A DNA stretch of 64,000 nucleotides from Amoebidium appalachense (Eukaryota > Protista > Ichthyosporea). The notes beneath the pieces were generated by a model. It did no database searches. It was not told where the DNA came from and saw only the letters and a list, made by a program, of their open reading frames with translations. Made by a program: the position numbers and the translations under genes. Within the stretch, counting starts at the first letter, position 1; every line of letters starts with the position of its first letter. The DNA lies in contig CAVNZM010000003.1 in the NCBI GenBank assembly GCA_963693365.1, positions 12,311,651 to 12,375,650 of the forward strand, read 5' to 3'. This document shows, piece by piece, positions 48,966 through 60,782 of this stretch.

Positions 48966-49876
48966 AGGAAGCAGAGCTGCGGGGTCTCGACGAAGTCTCA
49001 CGTGAGCTGGATGCCTTACGTAAGCAACTGCTCGAAAAGGAAAAAGAGCAGAGGAGGGTAATCAACAGGATGACTACCGCATACCGGAGAAAGAGTATTA
49101 TCAACCTAAATCAGGCGCGAGCATCGCAATCTGCCAGTGAAATTTCGACATGCGAAACCTACGCGCCACCCATTGTGCAGATGAAAGCAGGCGGGGGGGC
49201 TCTTGGAAAAGGTGGGTGCTGGCCGAAATGGAATGAAATTATGGTGCCAATTTTCAGCTAATGGCCTGATTGTGTGGAATATTCTCAGGGTTGGTGAGTA
49301 TGTGCGAAAATATGGGGATAGTGTGGGGAAATGAAGAGTTCAGTTATACGAAATATGTGGTGAGGATCATCTACTCGTGCAAATACTCCTAGGGTTATAT
49401 GTGATTATCTCTATATTCAGCCACAAGTATTGGGTATCTGCGACGAGATATATTTCCTTCTGCAAATTTGGGTCAGTATATATAATCTCGATTATCCTGC
49501 CACAGATGTTGGGAAAGTGAAAGAATAGGGGTTAGGGAATCTGAGATGTAGATATGCTTACTCCTGCAAATTCCAGTCCTGATATCTAATTTATATTCCT
49601 GCCACAGGTGTTACGAAGATAACAAAGATAGAATACCTGCCAAAGGGATATATCCATTCACTCTTGCTAATTCGATCCTGCATATCTAATCTGTTTCTTA
49701 CCACACACACAGGGCTTGGGAAGGCACCCCGCCCCTCTCTGCCTTACCTAAGTGGCAATGGAATTATCGAAGTGGAAGTGGCTGAACAGAAGGCCGGCAC
49801 CAGCACAGACGTGACTTATGCCCAATGGAATGGCTGCATGCGGGAAGATGGCCCGTCAAAAAGCGCCCCTGTATGA
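40598..49876 (+). CDS. Voltage-gated K+ channel (6TM, Kv-like, no T1 domain), about 506 aa. Exons 40598-40684, 41946-42264 (frameshift near 42085), 44396-44563, 45360-45558, 46351-46488, 47543-47740, 48965-49211, 49713-49876
   Basis: [11 protein letters not shown]; S2 [15 protein letters not shown]; S3 [12 protein letters not shown]; S4 [18 protein letters not shown]; pore [17 protein letters not shown]; S6 AGMVIIAFP|INIL; C-terminal coiled coil. Exon 1 is the least certain. Confidence 0.92.
42753..42950. mobile_element. Near-palindromic MITE with Harbinger-like ends, in Kv intron 2
   Basis: GGGTTCA..CAGACTACGTACCC...TAGCAAAATTTAGCCGCC is mirrored at the right end over about 70 bp. Confidence 0.85.
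43157..43411. mobile_element. Tc1/mariner-like MITE with TA TSD, in Kv intron 2
   Basis: TA|CAGATACCGTCCACCATTAAGAA ... TTCTTAATGGCGGACTGCATCTG|TA. Confidence 0.8.
43925..44070 (+). repeat. Dispersed intronic element, homologous to 56555-56700 (-)
   Basis: Shared blocks aag.gaa.ca.t.tctgagttgggt, ggtgaa, tcgg, tgt.gatg.c.tgg and ccccctgagg..gggctct...atgcatact. Confidence 0.7.
47020..47585 (+). repeat. 3 x 192-bp tandem repeat spanning an intron/exon boundary of the Kv gene
   Basis: gcacacag|ATCAACATTCTAGGCCAAA with exon starts at 47159, 47351 and 47543. Confidence 0.95.
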
Positions 49877-50423
49877 TACCGTGAAATATGCTGGAAAGAA
49901 AAATAGAAACTAAATTACAAATCAATTAATGGTAGAAACTAATTAATGGTAGTTAATGGTAACAGTAATTGTAATCCTTGTCCTAGTATTAGAATTAAGG
50001 TACTCCTGAAGTGACTTCTGTAGTAATAATGGTTGTGGAATAAGAAACGGAAAGAACGGGAATGAAGGAACAGCACGCACGCGCACACTAACACAAAACG
50101 CTCACACCACGCACACAGGCATGCACATGTGCACACGCACGCACACGACACCAAACACCTACTATGCACATATTCATGCATGCACATCTGTGCATACACA
50201 TACACACTTTCTCTTGTCCCCCGAAGGGAGAAGAGGGGGAGGGGATAGGTGTGCTTGCGCATTTGAGATGCTATGTGAAATAATTGGTATGTATGCTTTA
50301 ATACATTGATCACGCTTTTTAAATACCAATAATTGGCTTTGTCTATAGTTAGTTTTCATTTTTTTTCTTTTTAATAGTGCCCTTCGCCGTACATGTACCA
50401 TCAGCCATTTTCTTTTTTTTTTT

Positions 50424-50503
<80 letters not shown>

Positions 50504-51281
50504 GGGGGGGAGGGGGGGGGGGGGGGGAGTATTTTTGGTATGAATGAAGCACCTTAAGTTCGATTTTGCAGAGAGACCAGTCTCAGGTATGGGGGGTTTT
50601 TGCTTGGAATATCCCCTCAGCGGTATATCATGATCACGTACATAGATGTCGGGTGATGATTATATATCAGGGTTTACTTTCTCTACGAGACACCATAAAG
50701 ACTAAGAGAAATCAATTAGTTGAGGGTCCCCGTTTTTTTTTTGTTTTTTTTTTGTTTTTTGTTGGTTTTTTTTCGGGCTCCCCTGGGACACTCGGTATCA
50801 GCTGGTTGTGTGTGTGTGTGTGCGCGCGCGCGCTATAATTTTGTAATGTGTTTCTCAAGCCAATATTGAATACATCTAATAAACAGGGCGTAGTTACGCA
50901 TGTTTAGTATAAAATCAAGGATGTTGTAATTTTCAGGTAAGCTATCTTTCTGGGTGTCTGTTGTGAATGTGACGTGTGTGTGTTGCGGTATTATGTGGTC
51001 TATCAAACTACATTTGGCGATACATGACCGTTTAAACTGGTGTGTGTGTGTGTTGTTTGGGCATGCAAACGATGCCACCTTATACTTATGGGTAATACGC
51101 TAAAGCACTGTGGAATATAGGGTGTAATGGTACATGTAAGATGCATGTTTGATTAGACGCCTGAGTTATTTGTATGTAATAGATCTCGAGGGTGCAGTGC
51201 ACACGGATTAATTCCAAATGTATTCCAAAAGTTCTGGGCCGAACATGCACGCGCATGGCATTCAATTTGCAGCCCTGCTTG

Positions 51282-51528
51282 TCTATATTCCTACTTCTTC
51301 TATTGTTTTATGAAAACTTTTTTTGGCGCGCCAAAAATTCCCGCCCAAATCTTCATATTTGGCTAATAGTTCGATCGCGCGCTAATTATTGGTCCATACA
51401 AGATTCTTTTTGCGATATTCCTACCTTTTTTTTCCCTGTTTTATAAAAACTTTTTTTTTGGCGCGCCAAAACGTCTTCCTACTTTTTTCATATATGTACG
51501 CCCGTCTGTGCAGACGGGCCAATCCTAA
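51282..51528 (+). mobile_element. Short non-autonomous Helitron-like element
   Basis: 5' TCTATA. 3' hairpin GCCCGTCTG-TG-CAGACGGGC (51500-51519) followed by CTAA (CTRR). Internal duplicated block. The A|T target site is not clean. Confidence 0.6.
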
Positions 51529-52030
51529 ATAAAATCCCATTCACCATTTATACGTAAGGTTGCGCGCGACCGATCTGTCGGACTGGTTAGCCATATATTG
51601 AAATATTGGCGGAGAGTTCTAACGTTTTTTGTCGCCGCGCAAAAAAACGATTTTAGAAACGAATAAAAAGGTAAATATATACTTGATTGATACGAAACTT
51701 CATGATCAACCTTCCTACCGCAAGCTTATATTTACATTAAAGTGAGAAGCACACGTGTCAGCAGAGTTCACTAGATTTGACGTCATATGTGATGAGAGCA
51801 TCACCGGAGTATGCCTTTACTCAGGGTGTGTAATAGTACATATGGAAATGGGGAAACACCCGTGGCCGGAGAAGGAGAGTCAGAGGGGGAGGTCTGATGC
51901 GGTGGACTAGGCATATGATATGCAAGTGGGTGGGTGGGTGGGTGGGTGGGTGGGGAGCGCGGGGGGGGGGGGGGGGGGGGGGGATCCCAGTACGTTGGGC
52001 AGTAACAGAGCATGCATAATGATGAGTGGC

Positions 52031-52074
<44 letters not shown>

Positions 52075-53224
52075 ACCCCACCACCACCACCACCACCACC
52101 ACCACCACCACCAGCAGCAGCAGCAGCAGCAGCAGCACCATTACCAACACACATGCGTACACACACAACGTTCCACAACCACAAAGAAGCCTCCTTATGC
52201 AAGACTTTAAAGACTCGGACAGAGCTCGTGCGCAGCGCTGATTGTAGGCTGGCTTTAGGAGGGAAAGGGGGGGCCGGGTGTGTTTGTGTGTACGTGTGTG
52301 TGCGTGTGTGTGTAATATCTGTGTGTGTAAGATCTGTGTGTGTAAGATCTGTGTGTGTACGTGCACACGTGTTTGTGAGGGGGGTTAGTGGGGACTCTGG
52401 GAGGGGGGGGGGGGGGGGGGGGGGGGGGAGGGGGGTGATTTCCGAGGGGGGGTTGGTAAAATTTGCCTAAGCCACTATCTTCGATAGTTTTAATGTACAC
52501 AACAATAGGTAGCATATCTCAACTGAATAGCTGCTGGAGCTCTAGAGTATCATACCTCCTTTACATAAAGAATTTTCCAAGATATAGTTCGGTCTTGTGA
52601 ATCGGGACAAATCACACGATAAGTACGTGAAATTTGTTAGAACATGGATCCGCATAATATTATATCCCAGTCAGTAAATGCCTATGTATTAGAATCATGA
52701 ATGTATGTACACGGGAGATAACCAAGTGATATATTGGGAATTTTCAAAGCTTGTGCAGATTCTACATATACAGCACGGTGACATATAATTATGCAGCAAA
52801 ACATATCCTGCTTGAAAGAAACCCATACCTCTTTCTTGGGAACAAAAACTGTAAATCTAGATATTTTGGAAAAAACATACAAATGTAGTTTGAAAGCCCC
52901 GAACACATTTCCAGATGTTTATCCATATCAAAATGACCTATCTATAAATACAATATTCCGATCATGACCATTCAATAAACCCAGTGCTCACATGCACCAT
53001 AGAGTTAAAATCTAAATATTCTAATTTTAAAACAAAGAATCCATAGGCACAGAGTCACACGCACTGTCCTCAGAGACCACATAATAATACCCTAAACAAG
53101 ACAAGTTTCTTTAGTCGCAACCTCGCAAAAACGAAAACAGAATTAATGGCTCACATGCACCAAGCTGTATAACCATCAATCGTATCTTATCCGTCATATA
53201 AAGAAATCTCCCTCACACAAAGTT

Positions 53225-53635
53225 TCCAACACAGAATCGACCACTTTCCATCATATAATCGACATTTCCATCACACAACCGACATTTTCTCAGAACAAAA
53301 CCAACCCTTTTCCTTTGCACGATCTAAATTTTCCACCTTATGATCAACAATTTCCATCGCACAACCGATATTTTCTCATCACAGAAGAGGTGTTTTCATC
53401 ACAATATGGTGATTTTTCCTTCACACAATCGACACTATTTCATCACACAACCAACATTTCTTCATTACACAACCGAATCTTTTCCACCACAACATATGCA
53501 TTTTCCCGTCACAAAATCAACATTTTCCCTTCACAAAATCGACATTTTTTTCCCGTCAGAAAATCGAAAAAAAATTTCGTTACAAAACCGGCTTTTCCCC
53601 CTCACAAAACCGGGGTTTTCCCCTCACAAAATCGT
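53225..53635. repeat. Degenerate ~22-bp tandem array starting at the CBM48 gene stop codon
   Basis: Unit approximately TCACAAAATCGACATTTTCCC/A on the + strand, more than 15 copies. Confidence 0.85.
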
Positions 53636-53770
53636 ACAGCATTCACAGCATTTAGACTGCTTCTCTTCCTCCTCCTGCCTCCCTTTTCCTTCTGCAAATT
53701 TCGCCTCGGGGCTGATCTCATCCATGAGCGCACTGTTTTCATCGAACATGTCATCTGTGACTGCGCGTGT

Positions 53771-53823
<53 letters not shown>

Positions 53824-53995
53824 GTTTTTTTTTTTTTTTTTTTTTGGGGGGGGGGGGGGGTATTTTGTGTGTGTGTGCGGGGGGGGGGGGGGGGGGTGGA
53901 GAAAAAGGAGCGGGGAGTGTATGTGTATGGGGGGAGGGGAGGGGAGGGGGAAGGGGAAGCCCGGGGGACGGGGGGAGGTGGAGAGGGTGTGAGGG

Positions 53996-54048
<53 letters not shown>

Positions 54049-55021
54049 GTGTGTGTGTCTGTGTGTGCGTGTGTGTGTGTGTGTGCACTTGTGCGTGCGT
54101 GTGTGTGTGCATGCGCGTACTTGTGCGTGCGTGTGCTTGTGTGTGCGTGTGTGTGTGCATGCATGTGCGCGCGCGCGTGTGTGCGTACTCGTACTTGTGT
54201 GTGCGCACATGTGTGCAAGTCACAACCCTGGCCATCCACCCAACTGTTGCTAACTCATGTCCAATCTTTATTGCTTTAAGTGGCACATTAAGGGGTCGAG
54301 GGGAAAGGGCAACTCAAAAAAGAAAAAAAAAGAAAAAAAAAGGGGGGGGGGGGGGGGGGGGGGGAAGATGTGATGGGAAGCATAATGTCCTAAGAACACG
54401 GAACTTGCCAGGGCAGGTCCCGGAGGGGGAGGGGAGGGGGGAAAGGGGGAAGAGAAGGGGGGAGGGGGGGGGAAAGGGGGAAGAGAAGGGGGGAGGGGGG
54501 GGAAAGGGGGGAAGAGAAGGGGGAGGGGGGGAAAGGGGGAAGAGAAGGGGGAGGGGGGGGAAAGGGGGGAAGAGAAGGGGGGAGGGGGGGGAAAGGGGGG
54601 AAGAGAAGGGGGGAGGGGGGGAAGGGGGGGGGGGGGGGGGGGGGGGGGTTGTGATTACATTCTTCGATGTTCAATGCTTCATCCTCCTCCCCCCTGCCCA
54701 CAGTCACATAGTTCACCACCTTGCCTGTGGCTAGCACCGTGCAGGGCTTGCTCTCCATGTGCCTGTGTGTGCGTGTGTGTGTGTGTGTGGGGCGGGGGGG
54801 GGAGCGGGAGGTTTGAAGGGAAGGAGAAGGGGGAGTGGGGGGGGGGGGGGGGGGAGGCCAGAAGGTGAATGGGTGTGTGGGTATTAGCGGTGGTGGTGGT
54901 TGAAGGGGGGGGGGGGGGGGGGGGGGAGCGGGAGAAGGAGAAGGGGGAGGGGAGGAGAGTGGAGGGGGGAGGGGGGGGGGGAGAAGGTGACTGGTTGTGT
55001 GGCAGTTAGTGGTGGTGGTGG

Positions 55022-55054
<33 letters not shown>

Positions 55055-55183
55055 AGGGAGAGAGAGGGCGCAAGGTGGAAGGGGGGGGGGGGGGGGGGGT
55101 TCGTTTACGGGTGTGAGTGCTCATGTGTATGTGTCTTGCGTGGATGTGTGCATGCTTTTGTGCGCGTGCACGTGTGTGTACGT

Positions 55184-55275
<92 letters not shown>

Positions 55276-55775
55276 AGGGGGAGCTGCTTGTGTGCGTGTA
55301 GCGCGCGCACGCGCGCGTGTGTGTGGGGGAGGTGGGCACATGGGGATGATGTTTGTGTGCACGTGTATGTGTTTGGGTATGACGGCAGGTGTGTGTGTTC
55401 AAGGGTAAGGGGAAAGGGGGATTATGATTGGTTATGATTGGTTGAATGTGGACAGGTAAAGGGATGTCGGCTCCATGCACGTACACCTTGCATATTGTTT
55501 GTGCTCACGTGCCTGGGTGCCTCTGTGTGTGCACGTATGCACACAGATAATCAGGTTCAGCCTTCTTCAAAAAGCACATCTCTCCTTCAGTTGCCTCCTC
55601 ATCATGCCCACCTTCCTGCGATTCCCCCCCCCCCCCCCCCCCTGGGGCTACCCTCCTCCCCCCCCCCCCCCCCACACACACACACACACACACCACCACC
55701 GCCGCCACCAACCCCACCACTACTCAACTCCTTCCCGTCTTTCTCGCACTCACTCTCTCTCTCTGCCCTCCTCCA

Positions 55776-55829
<54 letters not shown>

Positions 55830-55993
55830 TGTGTTACTGATCGAAATTGCACTTTTACGTGTGTGTGTGGGTGCGTGTGCATGTGCTTGTGTGTGCTCAC
55901 GAGCCCACACGGAAATGTATGCTTCATTCTGTGTGTATCTGCTGTGCGTCTGTGGCTTTGTGTGTTTTGGGGGCGGCGGTGGCGGCGCGGGGG

Positions 55994-56028
<35 letters not shown>

Positions 56029-56157
56029 GCACCCACTTCCACGTTTTGTCGTTGAGCAAAAACAAATACTGATAGGTCCCCGGTGGAAGGTCTATGGTGC
56101 CGGCAAACGTGTTCTTCTGTTTGCGCAAAAAAAAAAAAAAAAAAAGACATGAGTAGC

Positions 56158-56190
<33 letters not shown>

Positions 56191-56314
56191 TATGAACAGC
56201 AAAAAAAAAAAAAAAAAAAAAAAGGATAAGCGCATGGAAAAAAGCAATGGACTGTATAAAGGGGGTGTGGGGTAGGGGAGCTGGAGGAGGAGGAGGAGGA
56301 GGGGAAGGGGTTTG

Positions 56315-56348
<34 letters not shown>

Positions 56349-56478
56349 TGGAAAAGGAAAGGATGGGTTGGTTCAGAATTCAAGAATGAACAGGGGAGAG
56401 GCAGGGTGAAGGAGTAACGGGTCCGAGGGGGGAGGGAGGGGTTGGGGGTTAGGGGGGGGGAGGGGGGGGGGAGAATGT

Positions 56479-56510
<32 letters not shown>

Positions 56511-57251
56511 TGAATGCGCCATAAAGTACGAAGTACACAAGAACAAACGGATAACACGATGCTGAATGCAAGCCATACATAAAGAGTATGCATAATAAGC
56601 AGAGCCCATCCTCAGGGGGGGGCCACGTCATCCACAGTACCCGAGTTTCGACCTATTCACCTCGTTAACGAAACCCAACTCAGATACTGTTTCACTTGAA
56701 CATGGGTAGGTCACCCGTCTTGATCAGAGACGAGCAGGGTTGCTTATGCAGGCAAGGGCAGTGGGAAAGGCCGGGGGTTAAGTTGCAGCAGTAAGCAGAA
56801 GCAGAAAATATAGATAGGAACTCAGGAGACGAGGCTTCTGAAGATGCCCCGTCACTACCTAAGTCGATACTTCCCTGGCTAACATACTACACCAGCTGAA
56901 AAGAATTAAGTCCCGAAGGCCGCAGAATCCGCCATCAGGGGGGAGGGGGGGGGGGGGGGGGGGGGGATGTGTACAATAGAGGGTGGAGGAACAAGAAAGC
57001 TAGTAATACCCCACCACAAAATCTCCACACAACGTAAGCACATCAAAGAACGGGAAAAAATATGCAAGTAAAATGGTGTTTGAGTAAAATTATCGCGCAA
57101 CATGCACCTCTCCGAACTTCAGGGAAAAAGGCACGTGTGTGCCTGTGTGCCTGTGTGCCTGTGTGCCTGTGCGTAGGAGAGTGTGTGTTTTGCCTCCGTG
57201 AGGAGTGCATGTTACTGGAGCGTAGGCACACCGGTGTGGATATGTGTGTGC

Positions 57252-57325
<74 letters not shown>

Positions 57326-57444
57326 GTGTGCTTGTGTGTCTGTGTGGGGCGGGTGGGGTGTGTCTGTGTGTGTGTGGGGGGGTGGGGGGTGGGATGTGTG
57401 TGTGTGTGTGTGTTGGTGTGTGTGTGTGTGTTTTTGTGTGTATG

Positions 57445-57479
<35 letters not shown>

Positions 57480-58034
57480 ATGTTCGCGCGCACGTGGTTA
57501 GTTGTGTGCATGTGCATGTGGGTGCTGGTGTGTTATTGCGCACGTGTTGCTTCTCCGTGTAGGCATATCCGCACACTGTGCATACGTGCATGTCTGGATG
57601 TGTCTCGTGTCTGTATTTATGTGTGTGTGCATCTCTCAGAGGGAGGGGAGAGGCGGGGGGAGGGGGGGAGGGGGGGAGGGGGAAGTCGGGGGGGGAGACA
57701 ACCGCACCTCTCCTGTCTTCTTTAAGGGTACGACCCACTTGCACGTCTTTGCACTAAACTCTTCCTCCTGCACTGTGCCCCCTCTCTTAACAAAAGCAGA
57801 GGCGGTTTGGGGCACCCAAAAGTCATCCCTCCACTCAAACACCACCGGCCTGTTTTTATTTTAAACCTTTGAATCAGTGCTCGGATATTACTGTTTGTGT
57901 TGACGTGGTTTTTTGGTAATCGGATTAGTGTTAATATTTCTGTTATGCAGACTCTTACTGCTTGATGCCGTTCGTGCCTATAGAGAAAGTGGGGGGCTGG
58001 GGGGGGGGGGGGGGGGGGGGGGGGGAAGGGGGGA

Positions 58035-58073
<39 letters not shown>

Positions 58074-58474
58074 TCTTGAGTGCCTGCCTGCGCATTCCAC
58101 AAAGCACACCCATACGTACCAGATGGTAGCATGCACATACATATACACACGAAGAACGAAAGCACATTTACACACACAAAGGCAGACATACATTCACACA
58201 AAGTTTTACAAGGGTGCTGAAAGCACACACCCGCTCAGTCACACATTCAAGAAAACACCCGCACACTCGCGCTCCAATCACTTTACCATCTCCATCCTTC
58301 AGTTTCCAACCTAAAAAAAATCTCCGAACGATGCGAGCGTTACATCCAGCAAGTGACCACCACCGACTATAAGAAAAAAAGGAAGAGCGTGACAATAGTG
58401 GAGAATGCTCCTGCCTACCTGGTATTACTCCCACCAGCGTGGTCCCCCGCCGATTCCAAGTTTCCGTTCTCCAT
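53624..58474 (-). CDS. Stand-alone CBM48 (AMPK-beta-type glycogen-binding) protein with C-terminal CaaX, 172 aa. Exons 58474-58419, 57849-57708, 56116-56037, 54762-54659, 53760-53624
   Basis: RPVVFEW...KWVVPLKK...[25 protein letters not shown]...GKVVNYVTV, ending [10 protein letters not shown]. All four intron phases fit. Confidence 0.85.
54430..54625. repeat. Purine-only ~30-bp minisatellite
   Basis: GGGGGAAGAGAAGGGGGGAGGGGGGGGAAA about 6 times. Confidence 0.9.
56555..56700 (-). repeat. Dispersed intronic element, homologous to 43925-44070
   Basis: Same conserved blocks as the 43925 copy. Contains a 13-bp stem cagtatctgagtt / aactcgggtactg. Confidence 0.7.
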
Positions 58475-58995
58475 GTTGGGTAACCACTGATGAGCTCGAG
58501 CAAGGACTAGTCCTAGATCATCCACCAAAAAACTCTAGCAGTTAGAAAAGTATATATGTGGAGCTATCAGCAGAGTTGAACGACAAGATACACATTCACT
58601 TTGTTAGAAATCACATGCCATCAGTACGGATCCTTTCGGTTTTTCAGTTTTCTACAGGGTGAATTGTGTTCCAGCGTTTCATCAAACGTTTTTATAAATT
58701 TACGTACATCAAACTTTGACTTTCGTCAAATCTGGCCCTGAAATATTAAATTTATTGCGTAAATCTTGCGCAAGTCAAATCCTTGGTATTGTACGACAAG
58801 TGATACATGACCTTTCCTCAACAATTTCAAGTTTTTCGGTTCTAACACTATATGAATCAGTATTTCGATGTTTGGGTTTGTGCCGTTTGGGCTCCGGTAT
58901 GGAGTTTTCTTTTATCCTATTTCATTTTACTTTCATTTTTTGGTGGAGGGGGGTGGGGGGTAATACTAAATATATAAGTGTGGACGGTGGGCGGG

Positions 58996-59035
<40 letters not shown>

Positions 59036-59142
59036 TGGGGGGGGAGATAGAGAGATAGAGAGCATGAGAGAGAGGGGGGGTAGGGGGCGAGGGGGAGAGA
59101 GGGAGGGAGGGGGAGAGAGAGATGGAGGGAGGGGGGGGGGGG

Positions 59143-59193
<51 letters not shown>

Positions 59194-59407
59194 CCATGTG
59201 TCAGGGCTGATACCATGGCAGCCCTTAACCCCCCCCGGCCCCCCCCCGACCCCCCCCCCGGACCCCCCCCCCCCCCCCCCCCCGACCCCCAGGCCTCCCC
59301 CAACGGGCCCCCGGGCCCCTGCTCCCGCGCAGGGTTCTGTTGGTGGCAAAAAGGTGTGTGTGTGGATGTGCGTTTGGGGGGGGGGGGGGGGGGGGGGGGG
59401 GAGGGGG

Positions 59408-59442
<35 letters not shown>

Positions 59443-60361
59443 GGGGGTTCTTGAGTGCCTGCCTGCGCATTCCACAAAGCACACCCATACGTACCAGATG
59501 GTAGCATGCACATACATATACACACGAAGAACGAAAGCACATTTACACACACACAGGCAGACATACATTCACACACAGTTTTACAAGGGTGCTGAAAGCA
59601 CACACCCGCTCAGTCACACATTCAAGAAAACACCCGCACACTCGCGCTCCAGTCACTTTACCATCTCCATCCTTCAGTTTCCAACCTAAAAAAAATCTCC
59701 GAACGATGCGAGCGTTACATCCAGCAAGTGACCACCACCGACTATAAGAAAAAAAGGAAGAGCGTGACAATAGTGGAGAATGCTCCTGCCTACCTGGTAT
59801 TACTCCCACCAGCGTGGTCCCCCGCCGATTCCAAGTTTCCGTTCTCCATGTTGGGTAACCACTGATGAGCTCGAGCAAGGACTAGTCCTAGATCATCCAC
59901 CAAAAAACTCTAGCAGCTAGAAAAGTATATATGTGGAGCTATCAGCAGAGTTGAACGACAAGATACACATTCACTTTGTTAGAAATCACATGCCATCAGT
60001 ACGGATCCTTTCGGTTTTTTCAGTTTTCTATAGGGTGAATTGTGTTCCAGCGTTTCATCAAACGTTTTTACGTACATCAAACTTTGACTTTCGTCAAATC
60101 TGGCCCTGAAATATTAAATCTATTGCGTAAATCTTGCGCAAGTCAAATCCTTGGTATTGTACGACAAGTGATACATGGCCTTTCCTCAACAATTTCAAGT
60201 TTTTCGGTTCTAACACTATATGAATCAGTATTTCGATGTTTGGGTTTGTGCCGTTTGGGCTCCGGCATGGAGTTTTCTTTTATCCTATTTCATTTTACTT
60301 TCATTTTTTGGTGGAGGGGGATGGGGGGTAATACTAAATATATAAGTGTGGAGTGTGCGGG

Positions 60362-60400
<39 letters not shown>

Positions 60401-60501
60401 GATGGGGGGGAGATAGAGAGATAGAGAGCATGAGAGAGAGGGGGGTAGGGGGGAGGGGGAGAGAGGGAGGGAGGGGGAGAGAGAGATGGAGGGGGGGGGG
60501 G

Positions 60502-60564
<63 letters not shown>

Positions 60565-60723
60565 ATGTGTCAGGGCTGTTACCATGGCAGCCCTTAACCC
60601 CCCCGACCCCCCCCGGACCCCCCCCCCCCCCCCGACCCCCAGGCCTCCCCCAACGGCCCCCCGGGCCCCTGCTCCCGCGCAGGGTTCTGGTGATGGCAAA
60701 AAGGTGTGTGTGTGGATGTGTGT

Positions 60724-60780
<57 letters not shown>
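58073..60780. repeat. Tandem duplication, period about 1375 bp, containing CBM48 exon 1 and upstream region
   Basis: ttcttgagtgcctgcc at 58073 and 59448. A second exon-1 copy lies at 59849-59794. Junctions fall in poly-G. A few SNPs and indels separate the copies. Confidence 0.95.

Positions 60781-60782
<2 letters not shown>

Noticed and set aside
56590-56700. Hammerhead ribozyme (GAAA...stem...CUGAGGA on the - strand)
   Set aside because: The cleavage-site base would be G, stems I and II do not form, and the 43925 copy has GAAG and CUGAGGG.
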